A model generated the notes under the pieces. That model was not told where the DNA came from. It was given only the letters and a program-made list of their open reading frames with translations, and did no database searches. From Bryobacterales bacterium (lineage in GTDB: Bacteria; Acidobacteriota; Terriglobia; Bryobacterales; UBA6623): DNA of 64,000 nucleotides. Where the stretch lies: the NCBI GenBank assembly GCA_963422375.2, contig OY729428.2:1408001-1472000 (forward strand). The letters are read 5' to 3'. A program made the translations under genes and the position numbers. Shown here in pieces: positions 30,084-39,997 of this stretch; position 1 is the first letter of the stretch, and the number at the start of each line of letters is the position of its first letter.

Positions 30084-31809
30084 GTGCTTGTGACAAAACT
30101 CCCGCCCATTCAACTCCGAAGTGCGACACGCGCCGAGCCACAAGATGGCAGGGAGGGGAGAGGGGGGGCAGCGAGCGGTGGTGTCGTGGCAGTAGGCTGG
30201 TAGGTGCTGGAAAGAGCAGGGAGGCAGATGCGGAAGAGCTACACGCACGTGACGCAGGAGGAGCGCTGCCGGAGCGAGACGCTGCGGGCGGCGGGCTGGG
30301 CGGGCTGGGGAGCGGGCAGGATCGCCGGGCAGCCGGGCCGCAAGCGGGCCACGATCTACCGGGAAGTGGGCCGCAACGGCCGACCGGCGGAAGGCGAGCG
30401 CGCGGCGAGCTACAGCTTGGGGAGCGCGCGGGAGCGCGCGGAGCGGCGGCGGCGCGCGGCGGCGTGCCGGCCGCGCCAGCTGACGTCGGCGCTGCGGACG
30501 CGGAGCGAGGACTGCCTGCGGCAGGACTGGAGCCCGGAGCAGGAGCCCGGAGCAGGTCGCGGCGCGGCTGCAGCGGGAAGGGGCGCTGGAGATCAGCCCC
30601 GAACGGATCTACCAGCTGGTGCGCGCGGAGCGGCGGCAGGGGGGCCGGCTGTACCGGCACCCGAGGCAGGGCGGCCGCAAGCGCGTGCGGCGGGTCGGCC
30701 GGACGGCGGGCCGCGGCCTGATCCCGGGGCGCGCGGACATCGCGGAGCGCCCGGCGGAGGCGCGAGCGCAGGCGCGCGTCGGCGACCGGGAGGCCGACAC
30801 CGTGATCGGCGGGCAGCGCCGCGGGGCGCTGGTGACGCTGGTGGACCGGTTCTCTAAGTACCTGCTAGTGCAGCCGGTTAGCCGGCGCACGGCGCAGCTG
30901 GTCGGGGCGGCGATGACGGCCATGCTGGCAGGGAGCGGGGCCGTGACGCACACGATCACGGCCGACAACGGCAAGGAGTTCGCGGCAAGGAGTTCGCGGG
31001 GCACCGGGAGGCACCGGGAGGTGGCGCAGCGGCTGGGGGCGGGCTTCCACTTCGCGCGGCCCTGCCACTCCGCGGCCCTGCCACTCCTGGGAGCGCGGGC
31101 TGAACGAGCATGCCAACGGGCTGCCGCGGCAGTACTTCCCGCAGGGGACGGACCTGCGGCGGGTGGACCCGGCCCGGGTGCGGGAGGCGCGGGACCGCCT
31201 GAACCGGCGTCCGCGGAAGGTGCCGGGCGGGCGCACGCCGGAGGAAGTCTTCCCGGCGGAGCGCGAGCGGGTGCCGCGGGGCTGAGGCAGGGCTGGCAGC
31301 CCGCCGCCCCGGACAGGGGCGCGGGGGAGCTGCGCCCGGACAGGCGCGGATTCGCCCCTCCGGGCCTTGCTGCGGTCGCTCCGCTCCCTGCGCAAGGCCC
31401 GGAGGGTCCCCGTTCCGGAAACGGGGCACGCATGCCCGCCTGCCCGGGACGCGGCTCCCCGCTTCGGCCCGGCAGCGGCTTGTCCGGCGCCGCTGGATCT
31501 GCTACTGTGGCCCTAGTATCCCAGCCCGCCGCCCCTTACCCGCGTGTCGCACTTCGGAGTTGAATGGGCGTCCTGAATTCTGGCCCGATCAGCATTTCAT
31601 GCTACATCCTGAGGTCAGATGGATCTCCAAACACAACATATAGGGCCCAAGGTCGGAAGTTGCTCAGACGCCAATCGCGAAGATTTCCGCGCTCTACCCA
31701 GAATCGCCAGGATTTTGGATTAGTCGTAGCATTCCAGCGAAATCTTCGCCTTGAGAGATTGGACCTAACGCCTTTGTTGTCAAGGGTATACGAGTTTTGT
31801 CACGGGCAC
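30084..31809. mobile_element. ~255 bp MITE copy A, interrupted by IS30
   Basis: Ends GTGCTTGTGACAAAACTC ... GAGTTTTGTCACGGGCAC; perfect 6 bp TSD GAGTTA (30078-30083 and 31810-31815); body closely matches copy B. Confidence 0.88.
30103..31570 (+). mobile_element. IS30-family element copy 3 (frameshifted)
   Basis: 30 bp perfect IRs; TSD TCC; 13 bp (30531-30556) and 16 bp (31056-31087) tandem duplications break the transposase. Confidence 0.95.
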
Positions 31810-32178
31810 GAGTTAGGGCATCGGGGGCGTGGCTAAGGGTCGATGCGAGACCCTCCGGACCTGGAAGTGTTCAAACGTCAGGGATGCATCAAATCATCCC
31901 ATAGAACCGGCAATCCATGCCGCGACCTAGGTGGTGCCGCGCATCGTGACTTGATGGGCGCGCGCCGATGAGCCGCCCTTCCTCATTGCCTCAGTTGCCC
32001 TCCGGCGCGTCGTCGCACAGTGCTGCCTTCTGCGAGGTCTCGGAGTACTGCCCGAAGTCCTCGGTGTACAATGACAGCACGCGTGGCAAAAAATCCGCGT
32101 ATCCCTGATCATGTGGCGCAGGCTAGTGGCGGGCCACAGTCGAACAGTCCGAGCAAGTAGGCAGACGAGTAGCGGACC

Positions 32179-33510
32179 ATGGCGAGCCCAAGCAATCGTG
32201 CAGTGGTTTCATCCACTTCGAAGGCCCTTGCTGCCATTGAGCACCTCCTTGAGGAGCCGGGGCGAAAGGCGCTGACGCGTCGCGAAGCCTTGGCTCTTGG
32301 CTGTCCAGTCAGTGTGTGCGATCGGGCCTTGCGGCTATTGCAGAATCAAGGCCGTATCTGTCGTTTCGGGGCCGAAATCTACGGGGTTGGCTGTGCTAAA
32401 GTACTGGAGGCTGCGCCGCAAGCACTGGCTGGCTTGGGCTACGAAGTTTTGCCTGGTCGCCCGGTGCGTGGCTACAGAGAGCGTCTCAACGGAACCGGAC
32501 TGCGGCTGAACAGGCGTTGTAGACGGAAGGTTCGCGGGCGCGGCGTGTGGCTGAATTGGGAGACACGCGATGGCAAGATCATGAAACAGAGCACTCCAGA
32601 TGCCACGCACTTGGCGCATATTCCGACGGTCAATGAGGTCGAAGACCATTTCCACCGCTTCGATCACTGCGCATCCCTAGCTAGAGCGAAAAAAGACCTG
32701 CTCGTGAATAAGGCTTTGGATGCGATGGAGATCTTCACTGGTGATGATTTTTCCCTAGCAATTGCCGGTGGGACTAGATTGACCGCGTATCAGCGGCTCG
32801 TGTCTCGCTTCTCTGAAGATGTTGACGTCCGAGTAATTGTTCCCACGAGATTGGACGGACCGGACCGGCCGACCCGAAAAGATGATGTCGAGAGGTCGAA
32901 TTTTGTGCAGGCAGCCGGTGAGACGTTTGCACAGCACATTGCACGGACGCTGCCATGGTTGAGTAGGACAAGCAAAGGACGGATTCGAAAGGACGGCGTG
33001 GTGCAAACTTCCATTTTCAACTATTCTGGGCGACATTTCTCCGATGCAGTCAAGCAGGGAATCAAGTTTGAACTAGCGGACGTTCCGTTGCGGATGCCTG
33101 CCCAGGCCCAGTTACGTAGCGACTGCTGGATCAGCGCGGTGGATCCTCGCCGTGGATCCTGTAGAAATCGCAGCAGGAAAATGGGTGGCGTTAGGGCAGC
33201 GCATCCCCGATGTCGGGGAGAGCCACCCCGACCTCGTCGGTCACATGCACGACATTACGATGATTTATCTGGGCATGACGCTGAGTGCTTGCGAGCGATT
33301 GCCTTCGCATCTGGGAACACCACGCCCGAGAGAATTGCGGATGCCTTGGAGGATTTTCGCACGCGCTTCAGCTGGCGTGACCACTACGTCGATTACTTGA
33401 GGCGCATGGGCATGATGCTGGTCTCCAAATTCGTGTGGAGCCATCCTACGTGGAAAATTGTGTTACAGAGGGCGCTGCACAGCGCTCAGAAGACCGGCCT
33501 CGTGCCTTGA
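32179..33510 (+). CDS. DUF6088-like wHTH domain fused to AbiEii-family nucleotidyltransferase (C-terminal part probably scrambled by compensating frameshifts)
   Basis: N-terminus ALALGCPVSVCDRALRLLQNQGRICRFGAEIY resembles the DUF6088 at 17265; then AKKDLLV and AGGTRL...RFSEDVDVRV. EIAAGKWVAL...LVGHMHD lies in the +1 frame after a 13 bp duplication at 33135-33160. Confidence 0.72.
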   Translation: MASPSNRAVVSSTSKALAAIEHLLEEPGRKALTRREALALGCPVSVCDRALRLLQNQGRICRFGAEIYGVGCAKVLEAAPQALAGLGYEVLPGRPVRGYRERLNGTGLRLNRRCRRKVRGRGVWLNWETRDGKIMKQSTPDATHLAHIPTVNEVEDHFHRFDHCASLARAKKDLLVNKALDAMEIFTGDDFSLAIAGGTRLTAYQRLVSRFSEDVDVRVIVPTRLDGPDRPTRKDDVERSNFVQAAGETFAQHIARTLPWLSRTSKGRIRKDGVVQTSIFNYSGRHFSDAVKQGIKFELADVPLRMPAQAQLRSDCWISAVDPRRGSCRNRSRKMGGVRAAHPRCRGEPPRPRRSHARHYDDLSGHDAECLRAIAFASGNTTPERIADALEDFRTRFSWRDHYVDYLRRMGMMLVSKFVWSHPTWKIVLQRALHSAQKTGLVP

Positions 33511-34137
33511 TCTTAAGCAGGCTATGAGCAGGCTCTAGAGGCCACGTTTCCTTGAAAATGTCTTCATGCTTTTCTAGGATTGAGCGATCCATCATTTGGA
33601 CATCCCAGTCGCGTGTATCGAGCAGTGAGAAGCTGACTGAGAGTCCGCCGCGGTCAGTTGACAAGCGGAAGCGAAAGGGCCATGGCGTGATGACAGTCGA
33701 TGGCAGTGCGGCTCTCAGGAATGTTGTCAGATTTCCAACAGGGCTCGAAGCGCAGTCGTACGAAGTTCCGTCGCAGGAGGCGTACAACAGGGGTCTTAGG
33801 AAGCGACGGGAGTCCGGCGAGGCATCCCTCACACGCCGGAAATCGCCTCGGCACCGTGTCAGGGTACCGCGCTAATGCGGCCCACCCCGGTGCGTGAGGG
33901 GCAGCCTGAGACTAGGCGATTTTGTCTGGGCCGTGTCGGAGCTGGCCGTCCATCCATTGTCGACATCGCGTGTCGCGACCCGAATCCGAGCGGGCGGGAT
34001 CCCCGTCCCGTGCGGACGGCGTCCTAGAACGGGGTGCCCTGACGGTCGCTGTAGCAGCGAGTTGCGGCCGCCTGCGCCTTCCACGGATTCGCATCCGGAC
34101 GCCGGGCCCGGCCGGGCCGAGTGCATCGCTCCGCGCT

Positions 34138-35226
34138 ATGCTGGCGCTTGTGCATATCGCATGGATTCTGCTCTTGCTGTTGGCGGCTTGCTCTACCGCG
34201 CCGCCGCCGACTAGCTACGTTGTCGACAGCGCCTCGAGCGTCGACCCGTCATCCACCGAGCTGGTCGTCCTGAGGGACGATCTCGGGGGCATCGAAGCCG
34301 CCATCGCCCCCGTCAAGGGAGGCGAACTGAGCGGCCTGCGCGTGCGCCATGCCGGCACTTGGCTGGAGACGCTGCAGCTCGCGCGCGACTACGCCCCCCG
34401 AGAGGGCTTCGGCGGCAAGGGCCCGTTTCTCTGGCCCGCGACCGGGCGGAGCTTTCCTCCGGACCTGCAGGAGCGCCGCCGGGCCGGGGAGGTCTTCGAC
34501 GGCGGGGCCTACGTGCATGGCGGCGTCCGCCGCGAGATGCCGATCCACGGCTTCGCTCGCGACCTACCGTGGCAGGTCGACGAGACGGCGGCGGACGAGA
34601 TGTCCGCGCGCGCGCGCCTGAGCTTGCGTGACACCCCTCGCACCCGGGAGATGTATCCGTTCGGCTTTCTGTGCACGGTCGAGTACGCAGTGCTCGGAGG
34701 CGCGCTAGAGATGCGCTATGTCGTGCAGGCTGCCGCTGCCAACTCCGAGCCAATGTTCTTCTCGATCGGCAATCACATCACGTTGCTCGCCCCGCTCGTG
34801 GAAGGCAGCGACCCTGCCGGGATGGTCCTGACGAGTCCTTCCACCGTGGAAATCCTCAAGACGAGCTACGGCATCCCGACCGGCGAGACGAGGGACTTGT
34901 CCTACGCCGACGGCTTCGTGCTGGGAGGCTATCCGCCGCTCGTTGCCACCTCGCTGACCGGCTATCCGGACCGAGAGGATCCGTATGTCGAGTACTCGGA
35001 CCCCGCCGGCCTGAAGCTGCGCATCTCCCACCGGCCCAGCAAGATGCCCGATGCTCCCGTGATTCTCTTCAATGTCTGGGGTGACGTGCGAAGCGGATTC
35101 TTCAGTCCCGAGCCGTGGGTCGGACTGCAAAACTCGCTGGTTCAGAAGCAGGGCCTGATCTATCTGGATCCCGGCGTGGAGTTTCGCTGGACCGTCCGCG
35201 TGACCTACAGCAGCGCCGGAGCCTAG
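34138..35226 (+). CDS. Aldose 1-epimerase (galactose mutarotase-like) family lipoprotein
   Basis: LLAAC lipobox; GPFLWP, PIHGFARD, YPFGF, GNH and FFSPEPW motifs. Start may be GTG 34150. Confidence 0.85.
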   Translation: MLALVHIAWILLLLLAACSTAPPPTSYVVDSASSVDPSSTELVVLRDDLGGIEAAIAPVKGGELSGLRVRHAGTWLETLQLARDYAPREGFGGKGPFLWPATGRSFPPDLQERRRAGEVFDGGAYVHGGVRREMPIHGFARDLPWQVDETAADEMSARARLSLRDTPRTREMYPFGFLCTVEYAVLGGALEMRYVVQAAAANSEPMFFSIGNHITLLAPLVEGSDPAGMVLTSPSTVEILKTSYGIPTGETRDLSYADGFVLGGYPPLVATSLTGYPDREDPYVEYSDPAGLKLRISHRPSKMPDAPVILFNVWGDVRSGFFSPEPWVGLQNSLVQKQGLIYLDPGVEFRWTVRVTYSSAGA

Positions 35227-35489
35227 GAATTGTTCCGGCGTCTTCTTGGACGGCGCCGTGCCTGGGCCGGGTCGCTGTCCGCAGGTCGTCCGCTGCCCCT
35301 GCCTAGCTCTCCGCACTGGACCGGTCGGGCTGCTGCGGCGGGCTCGGGTCGGTCGCCAGCGGGCCCGTCGATGGCCTTGCCCGCAACGCCCCTCCGGTGG
35401 CGGGCCGCCAGACTGCTCGGCGTCCGGCCGGCCGGCTCTGGCCCGCCGCGGGTCCGAGTCCTTGATAGAGTGGGATTCTCGGGGAGTCG

Positions 35490-36215
35490 ATGGCGGACGT
35501 TGAAGCGACGCGATCCCCGCGTACTCTAGCCATCGACGTCGGGGGCAGCGGGCTCAAGATGATGACGCTCGGCCCTTCCGGGGCGCCCGTCAGCGACCGA
35601 GCCCGCCTAGCGACTCCCAAGCCGGCAACGCCCGATGCAGTCATGGCCGTGCTGGATGAGCTGGCCGCGGGCCAGCCCTCGTTCGACCGCGTGGCCGCCG
35701 GCTTTCCCGGAGTCGTCTCGAACGGCGTGACCCTCACGGCGGTCAACATGCATCCCGACTGGGTCGGCGTCGACTTCCGTGCCGCCTTGGAGCGGATGGC
35801 GGGCAAGCCGGCCTGTGTAGCGAACGACGCCGACGTGCAGGGACTGGCCGTGATCGAGGGCGCTGGCGTCGAGTTTGTACTGACTCTCGGCACCGGGCTG
35901 GGCTCGGCGCTGTACGTCGAGGGCAAGCTGGTGCCCAATCTGGAAATCGCCCATCACGTCTTTCGCAAGGACAAGACCTACGAGGACTGCCTGGGCCTGG
36001 GAGGATTCCAGCGTCGCGGAAAGGCCAAGTGGAACCGCCGCTTGGCGGAGGCGGTGGGCCAGCTGGAAGCGGCCTTCAACTACCGCCGCCTGTATATCGG
36101 GGGAGGGAACGCCGGCAAGGTATCCCAGGGCCTCTTGCCCGCCAACGTACGAATCGTCTCGAACGTGGCCGGTCTGCTGGGATGCCATCGCCTATGGGAA
36201 GGCGGCTCGCTCTAG
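35490..36215 (+). CDS. ROK-family kinase (polyphosphate glucokinase-like)
   Basis: IDVGGSGLK, GFPGVV, ANDADVQGL, LTLGTGLGSAL, PNLEIAH and IGGGN motifs. Confidence 0.88.
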   Translation: MADVEATRSPRTLAIDVGGSGLKMMTLGPSGAPVSDRARLATPKPATPDAVMAVLDELAAGQPSFDRVAAGFPGVVSNGVTLTAVNMHPDWVGVDFRAALERMAGKPACVANDADVQGLAVIEGAGVEFVLTLGTGLGSALYVEGKLVPNLEIAHHVFRKDKTYEDCLGLGGFQRRGKAKWNRRLAEAVGQLEAAFNYRRLYIGGGNAGKVSQGLLPANVRIVSNVAGLLGCHRLWEGGSL

Positions 36216-36253
36216 CCGGCGGCGCCGACGACAGAGGCCGGTGGCCGCCCCTT

Positions 36254-37591
36254 CTACTGCAAGTCCGTTGCCGAGTTCCAGAACGCATGCATCTCCTCCG
36301 GGGGCGGCACGCGCACCGGCCGCACGAGCCGGAAGCCTAGCCACTGGGCGTCGGTGTGGTACCAGATACTCTTCGGCAATTGGGGATCCTGCATCTTCCA
36401 CGAGTCGTCCGACGCCCGCCGGGCTCCGCAGCGCAGCAGCGGTGCGTCATCCATCCACGACCCGCCCCGCACGACTCGCGGGTAGAGCGCCTCGGCCCGC
36501 ACCCACGGATCGACGGCTGCACCGTCGGTCGTGGCATACGAAGGCCTGTACCCGTCTAATGTCCACTCCCAGACGTTTCCGAGCATGTCGTGCAACCCCC
36601 ACGGATTTGCCTTCTTCGAGCCGACAGGCTGGTACTGCCCGTTGCTGTTGTCCCAAAACCAGGCGTGCTCGCCCAGCCCGTCGGGACCTGGCGGGAGCGG
36701 GCGTGCCGTCTCATGGCCCGCTCGGCAGGCGTACTCCCATTCGGCCTCGGTGGGTAGGCGGTAGAAGCGGCCGGTCTTGGCGCTGAGCCACTGGGCGTAC
36801 TTGCTGGCCGCGTGCTGGGTCATGCTGATCGCCGGGTATCCTTCGATGCCCATGCCGAAGCTCATCTCCATGTACGGAGGTGTAGGGCTCGACACGGCGG
36901 CGGCCACCCTGTCGGGATCGAGGTAGACCTCCGACTCGCGCAGCATGTAGGGGCGGAACGCGTCCCAAGTGACCTCGCGAGCGCCCATCCAGAACGCGCC
37001 CACATGCACGCGCCGGCGCGGGCCTTCGTCGTCGTGCCGCCCCGGCTCGGAGTTCGGCGTGCCCTGCACGAACTCGCCCCCCGCGATCGGCACCATGCGC
37101 AGCGCGGCCGCGGATCCGGGAATCTCCTGTTCGTAGGCGTCGGCCCCGTCCTTCGCTTTCTTGGTGATCCGCCGGTGGATCGCTCGGACCAGCTCCATCT
37201 CTCCGTCTTCGGTCGCGGCCCCGGAGCCCGACCCGAGCTGCAGCGCGCCCGGCCAAGGCGCTCCCGCGAGAATCCACTCGCGCACGGCCGACACCTCGGA
37301 AGGCGCCAGCGGTGGTCCTGCCGGGGGCATCGCGCCGGGCGCTCGAGCCGGCAGCGTCAATCGCGCTAGCAGCGGGCTGGCTTCCGGCTCGCCGGCGACG
37401 ATCGACGGGCCGGAGGCCCCACCCCTCATCGCGGCGTCGCGGTCTTCCAAGCTGAGGCCGCCGAGCTTGTTCGCATCCCGGTGGCACGCGAGGCACTTGG
37501 CCTCCAGCAGCGGCCGGATCTCGGTCTCGAAGTCGGCCGCCGCGGTCGGGACGGAGCTTGCCAGCGCCAGCAGTGCGAGCGGGCGCGCCAT
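36254..37591 (-). CDS. Exported c-type cytochrome domain + FGE-sulfatase (SUMF1-like) domain protein
   Basis: Signal peptide; CLACH heme motif and MPP distal Met; RLPTEAEWEYACRAG, NPWGLHDMLGNVWEW, RGGSW and GFRLV motifs. Confidence 0.9.
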   Translation of the reverse strand: MARPLALLALASSVPTAAADFETEIRPLLEAKCLACHRDANKLGGLSLEDRDAAMRGGASGPSIVAGEPEASPLLARLTLPARAPGAMPPAGPPLAPSEVSAVREWILAGAPWPGALQLGSGSGAATEDGEMELVRAIHRRITKKAKDGADAYEQEIPGSAAALRMVPIAGGEFVQGTPNSEPGRHDDEGPRRRVHVGAFWMGAREVTWDAFRPYMLRESEVYLDPDRVAAAVSSPTPPYMEMSFGMGIEGYPAISMTQHAASKYAQWLSAKTGRFYRLPTEAEWEYACRAGHETARPLPPGPDGLGEHAWFWDNSNGQYQPVGSKKANPWGLHDMLGNVWEWTLDGYRPSYATTDGAAVDPWVRAEALYPRVVRGGSWMDDAPLLRCGARRASDDSWKMQDPQLPKSIWYHTDAQWLGFRLVRPVRVPPPEEMHAFWNSATDLQ

Positions 37592-38880
37592 TACAGGAAT
37601 GTCGTCTGGCCGGGGCGGGCGAGAGGCGGGACGTCCAGGGTCATGTTCCAGCGCAGGTTGTCGGGGAACCGCTTCTCCTGCGACTGGATGGCCTGGTCCC
37701 AGCCGATCTGCTGGCCGGTGTAGGCGGCCATGCGCCCGAGAATGGCCATCTGCGTGCTGTTCGCCATGCGGACGCCGTCGTTGACCGGCTCGCCGCGCCG
37801 GATCGCCCGGAAAAGCGCGTCGTGCTCCTCTTGGTACATGTTGTTCCGGGTCCCGCGGAACACCCACGGATTCTCGCCCTCGATGCGCGGCATCAGGCCC
37901 CGGCCGATGGTCAGCTTGCCCTTCGTGCCGAGAATGTAGTCGGCGTTCTCGCGGTGGCAGCCGGCGATCTGCCGGCAGCCCACGAAGGCGCGGACGCCGC
38001 CCGGATAGAGGTAGTTCACCTCGAAGTGGTCGAAGATGTTGCCGTCGTGCGCCGGGATCTGGCGCCCGCCCACGGCCACGCAGGTCTCGGGCGGCCGGTC
38101 CCCCATGGCCCAGGCGACCTTGTCGACGCTGTGAACCGCCTGCTCGACCAAGCCGTCGCCGCAGGTCCACACGAAGTTGTACCAGTTGCGGAGCTGCCAT
38201 TCGACGTCGCTCATGCCGAGCGGGCGCTCGTAGGCTGGGGGCATCGGCTTGACGGGGTTCGTGTAGAACGTCGCGTAGTAGGCCACGATGTCGCCGATGG
38301 CGCCGGAATGGACTTGGTCCATCGCGGCCGAGATCATGTTGTTGTAGCGCCAGCAGAAGCCGGCCACTACCGCCAAGTCCTTGCTCTCGGCCTTCTTCAC
38401 GGACTCTAGGACGGACCGGACGCCCGGTGTGTCTACGGCCATCGGCTTCTCGCAAAAGACGTGCTTGCCAGCGTCGATCGCCGCTCGGAAATGCATCGGC
38501 CGGAAACCCGGGGGGGTTGCGAGGAGGACTACGTCGACGCCGCTGTCGATGACTCCTTGGTAGGCGTCCAAGCCGAGGAACCGGTGCTCTCGGCTGACGC
38601 GGACCTTGCCCTCGTGCTGCTTGTTCACGGCTTCGAGGCAGCGGTCCACGCGCTCGCGGTCGATGTCGGCGACAGCGGTGAGCACCGCGTAGTCGTCGGC
38701 CTGCAGCGCTTGGGCGGCCGCCCCCGTGCCGCGCCCGCCGCAGCCGACCAGCCCGACCCTGATTTCCTGACCGGTCTCGGCCGCGCGCAGGAAGTACGCG
38801 CTGCCCGTGGCCGCGGCTGCCCCTCGCAGCACCCTGCGCCTCGTCGGGTCGGTAGTCTGCTGGTCTTGGTTGCTAGGCAT
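37591..38880 (-). CDS. Gfo/Idh/MocA-family oxidoreductase with Tat leader
   Basis: TRRRVLRGAA leader; VGLVGCGGRGTGA, ATPPGFR, HVFCEKP and EQAVHSVD motifs. Confidence 0.92.
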   Translation of the reverse strand: MPSNQDQQTTDPTRRRVLRGAAAATGSAYFLRAAETGQEIRVGLVGCGGRGTGAAAQALQADDYAVLTAVADIDRERVDRCLEAVNKQHEGKVRVSREHRFLGLDAYQGVIDSGVDVVLLATPPGFRPMHFRAAIDAGKHVFCEKPMAVDTPGVRSVLESVKKAESKDLAVVAGFCWRYNNMISAAMDQVHSGAIGDIVAYYATFYTNPVKPMPPAYERPLGMSDVEWQLRNWYNFVWTCGDGLVEQAVHSVDKVAWAMGDRPPETCVAVGGRQIPAHDGNIFDHFEVNYLYPGGVRAFVGCRQIAGCHRENADYILGTKGKLTIGRGLMPRIEGENPWVFRGTRNNMYQEEHDALFRAIRRGEPVNDGVRMANSTQMAILGRMAAYTGQQIGWDQAIQSQEKRFPDNLRWNMTLDVPPLARPGQTTFL

Positions 38881-39025
38881 CAGGTTCCCTTTCCTCTTGC
38901 TGTTGTCCGAGCCGCGAGCGAGCGCCGCGCCCCCGGGCATTACTACGTGCGCCAGTTGCCTCGGCCAATTGAGACGCCCAACCCATAGTATGGGGCTAGG
39001 CGCTCCGAGCGCCTTGCCCGAGCCC

Positions 39026-39970
39026 ATGGACGAATCGCGGGACTCTAGGCGAATCCCGGGGGCCGGCCTGTCGCGCAGACGGACGACCGCCCGGCTAGCC
39101 GCCGTCGGTGCCGCCGTCGCCCTCGCGGGCATGTGCATGCCTGCAGTCTCTCAGCCGCTTCCGCCCGGGCCCGGACAGACCGGGACTTCCGAAGACGCGC
39201 CGATCCTGGAACTTGTCAACCTCGATATTCTGGACAGCCGGGACGGCTTCGCCATCCTGCCGGACAGCCCGTTCCTGCCCGGCGAGCGGGTCCACGTCTA
39301 TTTCCAGATCAAGGGCTACCGGGTCGGGCCGGAGGACAGGGTTCTGCTCCGTTACGAGCTGTCGGCGCTTGACCCGGTCGGGCGAAGATTCTACGCGCCG
39401 CATTCCGGGACGATCGATGAGGAGCTCGCCCCGCAGGACGAGAACTGGATGCCGGTCGTGCGCTATTCCCCGCGCATCCCTGATCACGCCGGAGGCGGCA
39501 CCTTTGCGATCCACGTGACCGTCCACGACGACCTGGCGGGGACCTCGGTGGAGGCCGACGTGCCCGTGAACGTGCAGGCGGAAACGGTGGACCGCGCGGA
39601 CGAGCTCCTCGTGCGGGAATTCCGCTTCTCGAGGGCGGAGGGCGGCGACCCGCTGGCCGAGGCCGAGTTTCGCCCCGGCGAGGAGATCTGGGCCGCATTC
39701 TACATCACCGGCTACGAGTCCCGGGCGAACAATACGTTCGATGTCGAGTCCGACGCTTGGGTCGTCGACTCCGATGGCGAGAGGCTGTACGCGTTCGATT
39801 CGCGCAGCGAGCAGGGCAGGCCTTACTACCCGCGGCTGTGGCTTCCGGCTCGCCTCCGACTTGACTTGGACGACACGATCTCGCCGGGTCGGTACACGGT
39901 TGTGCTGCGCCTGCGCGACCGCGTCGGCGGTTCCGAATCGACGCAGAGATACCAGTTTCGGATTCGCTAG
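39026..39970 (+). CDS. Exported hypothetical protein with two related beta-sandwich-like halves
   Basis: Hydrophobic leader; internal repeat F.PGE.V...F.I.GY occurs twice. Start uncertain. Confidence 0.7.
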   Translation: MDESRDSRRIPGAGLSRRRTTARLAAVGAAVALAGMCMPAVSQPLPPGPGQTGTSEDAPILELVNLDILDSRDGFAILPDSPFLPGERVHVYFQIKGYRVGPEDRVLLRYELSALDPVGRRFYAPHSGTIDEELAPQDENWMPVVRYSPRIPDHAGGGTFAIHVTVHDDLAGTSVEADVPVNVQAETVDRADELLVREFRFSRAEGGDPLAEAEFRPGEEIWAAFYITGYESRANNTFDVESDAWVVDSDGERLYAFDSRSEQGRPYYPRLWLPARLRLDLDDTISPGRYTVVLRLRDRVGGSESTQRYQFRIR

Positions 39971-39985
39971 GCCTCCCGGAATAGG

Positions 39986-39991
39986 TATAAT
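39986..39991 (+). promoter_or_regulatory. -10 box of probable leaderless promoter
   Basis: TATAAT 6 nt upstream of GTG 39998; no Shine-Dalgarno. Confidence 0.6.
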
Positions 39992-39997
39992 CGTCCC

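Noticed and set aside
36254..37591. Formylglycine-generating enzyme maturing the nearby sulfatases
   Set aside because: The catalytic cysteine pair after RGGS is absent.
37592..38455. 733 aa ORF as an N-terminal extension of the cytochrome-FGE protein
   Set aside because: It is an alternative frame of the Gfo/Idh/MocA gene; the signal peptide starts at 37591.
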